From positions 5,456,001 to 5,520,000 of the forward strand of contig OX597820.1 in the NCBI GenBank assembly GCA_951406725.2: 64,000 nt of DNA, given 5' to 3'. Position 1 is the first letter of the stretch; each line of letters opens with the position of its first letter. This document shows, piece by piece, positions 55,058 to 64,000 of this stretch. This DNA is from Octopus vulgaris (taxonomy: Eukaryota). Position numbers and translations under genes: made by a program. The notes under the pieces are model-generated. The model worked only from the letters and a program-made list of their open reading frames with translations, did no database searches and was not told where the DNA came from.

Positions 55058-55465
55058 CATATATATATATATATATAAAAATAAGAAAAACTCACTTTTT
55101 ATCAATTCAAAATGAACTATTAAATTACACCATCTAGAAAATTACATATAATAGAAATATCAAAATTAAAATAACTATAATATACCGAAGATTAAGTAAA
55201 TTGCAAAAAAAAGAAATAATAAAAACGTATATATTTGGTAGAATATATGTATGTATGTATGTATGTACATATGTATATATACTAAACAAGGCCGTGCTTT
55301 CCAAACTGGAGGCGAATCCCTTTCTCCATGTGATTAGCTTGAAAAATTCTTAATACACTAGGATATTTCCCAACTTTTCTTTACATGAAACCAATGGTAG
55401 CCTTATTTCATAAATAAAGAGATTATATCCACCAGTGCAGTGCTGAGTACTCATTTTCATCGTTC

Positions 55466-55549
<84 letters not shown>

Positions 55550-55554
55550 CACAT

Positions 55555-55637
<83 letters not shown>

Positions 55638-56592
55638 CACATATAACATAATAGGAAACTGGAAATTGTGTTAATTGTGTTAATTACTCACCATTACACA
55701 TGTTTCATTTGCTAATTGGAATTACAAAGTTTTACATCTTAGAAAATGTAAGGAAATTCCTATTAAATATTCTTCAGACAGAGAAATTATCTGATATTGT
55801 TTCATTTCCACATTTCATTTCAGATGTCGGGGTCAATTTTGCATGTCAACATTCAATAAGCAATAAACTAAATATCGATATATTCCTTTATTCACAATGT
55901 TTTCCCTTGTAACTTTGCCATTGATACCGATAATATTAGTAATATTATTTGCATAGGGTTTATTCTTATATAAATAATACGCCTACATACATAACATAAT
56001 TTCGATATATGTAGATACCAGATGCATCTGTGTTTGAGTGTGTGTGCGTTTGTGTGTGTGTGTATGCATCTGGATGTGTGTGTGTGTGTGTTTTGCTGTA
56101 CGTGCTCAATGGTGTCTTATTCTTTGCTTCTGATATTCATATAACTTTAGAAAAAGACCAATAAAATGCCATGTGTCCTATATAAGATGAAATATTGTGG
56201 AAACACTTAAAAGACATGAAACACGCCATATTCAACAAACGATCAATAGAAGCAGACGATAAAGACATATATATGTGTGTGCGTGTGTGTATGCATGTAT
56301 ATATGTATATATATATGAGGTGGATTTATAAGAGAATATATAAACGTTTGTAACTCCACACATGACAGGCAACAAAAGACGTCATCCCGTTGCCATATGG
56401 CCATGTGTGCAAAATAAGATAAAACAAAGATCTGTATATATTTAGATATTTTAGGCTTTTGCTTTTCATATTTATGATGTTAATAAGTAGTAACATGGCC
56501 TTTATCAAACACTTTGTGGATGACTTATTTACATACACACATACACAAACACATATACACACACACACATATATATGTAGTTTATATATGTG

Positions 56593-56635
<43 letters not shown>

Positions 56636-57162
56636 TCATATACACATGTATCATGTATATATTATATACAGAGCTACACGCACACGCATCTATATGTGAA
56701 TGTGCGTAGCCATAAATAATTTGTAAAATATATAATATATAGATTTATGTGCGTTTGAGTCAGTGAGGGTGGATGCGCTCGTTTTCAGGCGCAGACACGT
56801 GTAAAACTTGCACTCTAAGAGGAGGTGAATCAGTGAAGTGCCATTATCTGGTTTAAAGAAAGTCTGTTTTCATCCTCAGAACTTATAATTGCGCTGTTAA
56901 CCTTTTTTAAAGAAATAATCCCTGGTTTATATTTCATTGAGAATCGGGATATGTGAGAGGATTAAGATGGAATACGATACTTGGTGAATTTGCAGTTGGG
57001 ATTTCGAATTATTCTTGAAAACCACTTGAAAGTCAGTAGACTGTGTAAGATAAAGTGTAAAGTAACTACTACAACTAGCCTCTAAAGAAATCGCCTCCCC
57101 AGATGACGTTTATCGATCTGCAGTTATCGAATCTGATGCCACGACTTTGATTATTCAATATT

Positions 57163-57572
57163 TGGCGCAACCAGGGCGGTGTGGTAAGACGCTTGTTTCC
57201 CAACCACATGCTTGTGAGTTCAGTTCCACTATGTGGCTCCTTGGGCAAATGCCTTCTACTAGAGCCTCGGGCCGACCAGAGCTTTGTCTGTGGATTTAGT
57301 AGACGGAAACTGAAAGAAGCCCGTTGAATATACATGTGTGTACGTGTGTGTGCATAAAGTTTTTGTGTCTGTGCTTGTCCCCTACTACCGCTTGACAACC
57401 GGCGTTGGTGTGCTTACGTACTCGTAACTTAGCGGTTCGGCACAAAAGAGATCGTTAGAATAAGTATCAAAAATAATAAATCATGGGGTCGATTTATTCG
57501 ACTAAAAGTTCTCCAGAGCGGTGCCCCAGCATGGGCGCAGTCTAATGACTGAAACGAGTAAAATATAAAAGA
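57163..57572 (+). mobile_element. SINE family A, diverged full length
   Basis: Head, central and tail motifs are collinear with 23052-23478. Confidence 0.82.
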
Positions 57573-58289
57573 TGCCACTGACAAGTATTTGCTAAGCACC
57601 ATATTTTCCTTAGTTTCACACGTTACAAACTTCTCAGTCGTAAAATTGTGTTCGTATCCTGTGTTAAAAGAATATCTCTGTGATTTTCATTTACTTCTTC
57701 CCATAAATTTTACTTGGAAGGAAAATTAATAGGATTAATTGCACGGATAAAAAGGCCAGAGTGGATGGAATACCACAAGGATGCCTCCTGTCACGCACTC
57801 TTCCACCTACCCTTTCATCCATCCATGTTCAAACAGTAACACTCACATCCACCCAAATTACTTCAGACCTCTACATACTGAAGCCTACCTAGAAATCTGG
57901 CCCCAAAAGTAGAACTTCAAAAAGTCCAGCGACTCCCTTCTTGCCAGCCCCACGCCTTCAGAAAACATCAAATATAAGTAGCAACCAACAAGGGAAGTCT
58001 CGGAGGTGACTCGACTTATTTGGAGTAACAGCTGAAGTTTCATCAAATCAAACGATATCATTGATAATATCTTATAATATTTGAAAGTCGACACGGTGGT
58101 CATTGCCGGCACGCTGTTGTAAAGCAGCAACTACAATAACACAAACATACACACTTGGAATTAAGTAAGCTCAACACCGTTTAGAACATATTCAGGGACC
58201 ATGGTGATACCATCGCATAGAGAGAGTCATTGATGTCTTACGTAACGGAAAAAACAAAGCGGCGTTGATTTACAAATAACGTTAGACCT

Positions 58290-58521
58290 ATTTTTTAACT
58301 ACCCACAAGGAGCTACACACAGAGAGGACAAACAAGGACAGACAAACGGATTAAGTCGATTATATCGACCCCAGTGCGTAACTAGTACTTAATTTATCGA
58401 TCCCGAAAGGATGAAAGGCAAAGTCGACATCGGCAGAATTTGAACTCAGAACGTAGCGGCAGACGAAATACCGCTACGCATTTCGCCCGGCGTGCTAACG
58501 ATTCTGCCAGCTCGCCGCCTT
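58290..58521 (-). mobile_element. SINE family B monomer with 16-bp TSD
   Basis: TSD aaataacgttagacct at 58274-58289 and 58522-58537. Confidence 0.92.
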
Positions 58522-59984
58522 AAATAACGTTAGACCTCTCCTAAATCGTACCAGTTATACCTGTAAGCATCAGTTTCATTAGTTAATCAATATACCTTAT
58601 AAAATACAAAAAGTGGGCAATTATTTGGATAAACGATGTGTGCAGTGTTCATTTGGAGGTTGTTTGTTTAATGTGGTCTTCAATATATTGAAATGACCTA
58701 ATGGTCGGAAGACTGCTTCTCGCTTCGCAGGTGATGACACAAGACTAAACAACATCAGAGAAAGAAGAGCTGACACACCCTTTGCCGAATTTACATTTCT
58801 GTGGTCACAGCTCTTGTGACCACTCCGCCTCCCGTGAAAACACCCCGCCGTAATGAAAGCTCCGACCATACCACGCTGCTTCCCAAGATACGCATCTGCT
58901 CTGGCTATGCCAATCCTCTGACCAATCCTCTGCCTTGACCTCGCTCCGCCCTGGACATGTTTTTCTGACCACAACTCTTCTCCGCTCCTGCCTCTTCCCT
59001 GACTATAGCTTTATTTTGACCACGCCTCCGCCCTGGTTAATAAATGGCTCCTCCGTCAATTTCTTCGGTGAGCATCCAGTTGTTCGTCCAGCAGAAAAGT
59101 CTACAGGTTGTGTTATACTGTATGCGGATGAGTATTCCAAAGTCATTAGTTAACAAAACTTTAAATTGTTTTATGGCGTCAGTGACCCAGTATTACTCAG
59201 GAACTTGTGCTTTTAAAGAAATACGTTAGCAGATTCGTCATTACATCAGATTAAAGGTGATGTCTATCTGGGGATTCACACAGTTTCCTCCGACCACATT
59301 TGATTCACAGAACTTAAGGTGCATCGATACGGTAGTAAAAGACTTTTATTCAAGCTGCCACACAATGCGATCGATCCCATGTCCTGTAATTTGCGAAGAG
59401 AGCTCCTCAACCACCCGGCCAACAGAGATAAACAGAGCTGTGGCAACAGACTTGATTCCCTCACAGCAGAATTCCTTATTACCAAATATGCAGCTTAGGT
59501 GGAGGGCCAGGGTGGATTAAGTAGGGCAGGCGGCTTGGTTGTCAGGAAGTTTACTTTGTAAAAATCATCTTTCGGGTTCAGTCCCACTGTGTGACTTGCT
59601 GGGCAAATGTCTCTCATCAAAGTGTCCTGTCAACACACTGACCGATACGATTGCTTATAAAATATAACGAATACAGGTCAAACATCTCTATAACATGTAG
59701 ATATGATTTGAAAGACTTTTGGCAGTAGAGTTTAGCAGATCGAGTACAAGAGGTGAGTATGATACAAATAAATAAACAAATAAAGTGGGAAAAAAAGGCA
59801 AGAATATCCCATCATGGGACGAGGTTTGCTGAAACAAGCCCGTCGTATAAACACACACACACACACACACGTACTTACGTATGAATGTATGTATGTATGT
59901 ATTTATGTATGTATGTATGTATGTATGTATGTATGTATGTATGTATGCATGTATGCATGAATGTATGTGTGTGTGTGTGTATGT

Positions 59985-60180
59985 GTTTCTCCCTTCACGA
60001 ACCGCTTGACAACCGGTATCGGTTTCTTTATGTCTCCGTAACCTAGCAGTTCGGCAAAAGTGACCGACAAAATGACTACCAGGCTTAAAAGATAAGTACT
60101 GGGGTCGATTCGTTCGACTAAACGTTTTAAGGTGGTGCCCCAGCATGGCCGCAATTCAATGACTGGAACAAGCAAAAGAT
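59985..60180 (+). mobile_element. SINE family A tail half
   Basis: gcttgacaaccgg...ggtggtgccccagcatggccgc..aatgactggaacaag. Confidence 0.8.
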
Positions 60181-60205
60181 AATAGATAAAGAACTTGTGT
60201 ATGTG

Positions 60206-60276
<71 letters not shown>

Positions 60277-60293
60277 GTGTGGGTACGTATGTA

Positions 60294-60485
60294 GGCGGTG
60301 AGCTGGCAGAATCGTTAGCACGTTCTGAGTTCAAATTCCGCCGAGGTCGACTTTGCCTTTCATCCTTTCGGGGTCGATTAAATAAGTACCAGTTACGCAC
60401 TGGGGTCGATATAATCGACTTAATCCGTTTGTCTGTCCTTGCTTGTCCCCTCTCTGTTTAGCCTCTTGTGGGTAGTAAAGAAATT
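60294..60485 (+). mobile_element. SINE family B monomer with internal deletion
   Basis: Head joined directly to gttctgagttcaaattccgcc. Confidence 0.88.
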
Positions 60486-62071
60486 GGTATGTATGTATGT
60501 ATGTATGTATGTATGTATGTATGTATGTATGTATGTATGTGTGTATGTATTATGTATGTATGTATACTGTGAGCGTGTCTACTGTGTATATTTTTAGAAA
60601 ATTTATATAGCCCGCATATCCATAGCCGTATGTTCCACATATGCGTGAATATCTCATGCAATGGGATAGCCTTGATCACGTGATCGTTTTCTTGATATAT
60701 ACATACGTGTGTGTGTGGCTGTGTGTGTGTGGCTGTGTGTGTGTGTGTGTGTTTGTATGTATACCCATATAAAAATACAGCATCTTCCCTTTCTTCTCGT
60801 CATTATTCTGAGGCTACACGAAACCTCGAAGATAACATTACCGAAACCAAGAATGAAGACCATTGCGGATCAGGTTTTAGAATGAAACAAACGAAACGAC
60901 TTTTTAAATTCTTGCTGAGATAAAAATATAATGGCAATAACGAAATATATTTAAAAATATCAAAGTTGCGGTGCTTGCTGTCGAAAAGCGAAATCACATT
61001 TGGTAAGCTATTTCCTCAATCGTTCTCTATCTCCCTTCTAACATTTCTTAGAGAAATGGAATCGTTTTTAATCATGTAAAGGTTACGAAAAGGCTTAAAA
61101 GCCTGGAATCAAATTTCTGAGAAACGGTTTTCCCACACTTCGAGAATGTTGAACTTCTGTGTTTCTGTCTACAAAACCGAAAATAGTTGCTTGGCTTCCA
61201 GTTCGGGTTCAAATTAAATTTTAAACGAAAACGCTGAAACGAACGATTTGATTGCTCTTACACACGTGAACAGAGTGCGTGCATGTGTGTGTGTGTCTGT
61301 GTGTGTGTGTGTGTGTCTGTGTGTGTATGCGCGTGTGTGTTTGTCTGTGCACGTCTATGTATGCACGTGTGTGAGTGTGCGTGTTTGTATATGTACATAT
61401 ATACATATATGTATATGTATGTATGTATGTGTATACATATATATATGTTAACATACATGCATATATATATATATACACACACACGCACAGATAGATAGAC
61501 AGATAGATAAATAAATAGCTAGATAAACAGATAGATAGATAGAGAGAGAGATAGGAAGAAAATAGATAGATAAATAGATTGATAGACAGATAGATGTCCA
61601 TGCTCACACACGTTTATACACATACGCTTCATCCATGCCAACATAAGACTCGAATTGCAGCAAAGAGAACAGCCACATTAATGTTGTTCTAGATCTAGAT
61701 ACAATGTATCTCAAAACTCTAGGAGGGGGTCATGGTCGGAATATCTTCCATTGGTGTTCTACTCAGTCAGAGATGACTTGGTCTAAAATAATTATAACAA
61801 CAGCTCCAATAACAGCAGCAGCAACAACTGCTTTTAATTCATAGATCATCGTTAATATGTGATGTTGTGGCCCTCATGGTTGCCCACTGAGTATTAAGTA
61901 AAAGGGAGAGATTCTTAATATGGATCGGTTCACTTTCCCATTTGGTTCCAAGGTCGATAAAGCATTGTTGTGATTGTCGTTGCTGACCAACGATCAAGAA
62001 TATCACAACTGTGACCACACTGCACTGTTTTCATATCCAATATATCTTACACAATCATTATTCAATATGTT

Positions 62072-62403
62072 CGTTCTGAGTTCAAATTCCGCCGAGGTCA
62101 ACTTTGCCTTTCATCCTTTCGGGGTCGATTAAATAAGTACCAGTTACGCACTGGGGTCGATATAATCGACTTAATCCGTTTGTCTGTCCTTGTTTGTCCT
62201 CTCTGTGTTTAGCCCCTTGTGGGTAGTAAAGAAATAGGTATTTCGTCCGCCGCTACGTTCTGAGTTCAAATTCTGCCGAAGTCGACTTTGTCTTTCATCC
62301 TTTCGGGGTCCTTAACCCAAGCACCAGTTGCGTACTGGGGTCGATCTAATCGACTGGTCCCCTCCTCAAAATCTCAGGCCTTGTGCCAAGAGTACAAAAG
62401 GAT
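62072..62403 (+). mobile_element. SINE family B dimer (5'-truncated), second unit with the alternative tail
   Basis: Unit-aagaaataggtatttcgtc-unit-ggtcccctcc..ggccttgtgcc.agagta.aaaag. Confidence 0.85.
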
Positions 62404-62601
62404 ATATTAGTAAACATCACTCAACCATTCAGGGATTTTGATGAAACCTCCATTGAGAAGGGATCGCTGCTCATCTCCCGGGAATTAAAAGCGGTTTAGT
62501 AATATGCTGCACGCAGCAAGAGTACGGATGTGTTGAGGAAACTAAGAGAGTAGCTAAGGTATACTCAACCATTCACATATTATCAGAGTTATGTCAGCCA
62601 T

Positions 62602-62647
62602 AAATACACCAGCATCGGTTATCAAGCGATGTGGGGGGGGGGGACAA

Positions 62648-62697
<50 letters not shown>

Positions 62698-62857
62698 ACA
62701 TATATACGACAGGCTTCTTTTAGTTTCCGTCTACCAAATCCACTCACAAGGCCCGAGGCTATAGTAGAAGACATTTGCCCAAGGTGCCACGCAGTGGGAC
62801 TGAACTCGGAACCATGTGGTTGGTAAGCAAGCTACTTACCACACAGCCACTCCTACG
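62602..62857 (-). mobile_element. SINE family A, 5' two-thirds
   Basis: Matches 13910-14164. Confidence 0.85.
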
Positions 62858-62909
62858 CGTATATGTTTATATATTTATGTGTGCGTGTGTATACGTATAT
62901 ATTGTATGT

Positions 62910-62957
<48 letters not shown>

Positions 62958-62964
62958 ATGTATG

Positions 62965-63009
<45 letters not shown>

Positions 63010-63010
63010 T

Positions 63011-63047
<37 letters not shown>

Positions 63048-63058
63048 ATGTATGTATT

Positions 63059-63105
<47 letters not shown>

Positions 63106-63170
63106 TTGGATTTTTTAAAATATGCTAGACCACTGTTTTTTTAATTGATTAATATCAATTTCTATCCATA

Positions 63171-63221
<51 letters not shown>

Positions 63222-63513
63222 GCATACACATGCATATACCTTGAGACATTATACGCACAGTGTGGTGGATGATTAGAAACATGGGTGAAAGGTGTGTCTT
63301 CAAATATAAAACTCACACACACACATACGTGCGTGCACATACACACAAACACACACAAACACACATTCACACATAATCACTCATAAACACAGTCACAAGC
63401 AGGCGAACACACTCAGATATACACGAGGGGATTAAGGTGTGGCTTCGTATAAAAATCGACAGAGAATCACAAAGATCTGCATTTAACATCATAGAAATAT
63501 GTGTGTGTTTGTA

Positions 63514-63550
<37 letters not shown>

Positions 63551-63845
63551 ACCTGATATTCATATAACGATATAGATATATGCATCTATAAGTATGAATG
63601 TATACTCACACATGTATGTATATGTACACTTCCCCCCGCATACATATATATATATATGAATATATACGTGTACATACATAACTATGTATATGTAAATATA
63701 CGTGTAAATAAGTAATATATGCTTGTACATACATATGTATATAAGTATCATTATACACACACGCACATATATATATACACAGAAATACATATATATGTGT
63801 GTTATATATATGCATATATATATGTATATATATATATACGCACAT

Positions 63846-63888
<43 letters not shown>

Positions 63889-63959
63889 TATATATATATA
63901 TGCATGTGTGTGTATATATATGTATATATGTATATATATGTGTGTGTGTATATATATAT

Positions 63960-64000
<41 letters not shown>

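Overview
Eukaryotic, repeat-dominated genomic DNA in which I could find no host protein-coding exon. Very dense (TA)n/(TG)n/(TACA)n/(AAT)n microsatellites and the tRNA-derived SINE families suggest a cephalopod (Octopus-like) genome; this is inference. Almost all ORFs in the supplied track are microsatellite read-throughs. The real coding sequence is transposon-derived: a full-length decayed mariner (775-2048), a CR1/L2-group LINE (24038-26914) plus a deleted second copy, an L1/Tx1-group LINE (~34681-38370), a near-complete Penelope-like RT+GIY-YIG element with pseudo-LTRs (42150-47560), and an R4/Dong-like RLE retroelement sitting in (TAA)n (51271-52951). There are also four SINE families, non-autonomous Helitrons and a maT/DD37D relic. 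The most interesting layer is non-coding: many self-cleaving ribozyme motifs. These include a protein-free 591-bp-period element with two type I hammerheads, a retrozyme/circRNA candidate (28615-29612); minimal dimer-type hammerheads in Penelope pLTRs and solo derivatives; and an HDV-like ribozyme fold at the 5' end of a short element (6885-6962). Two SINE families share 3' tails with LINEs present in the same window.
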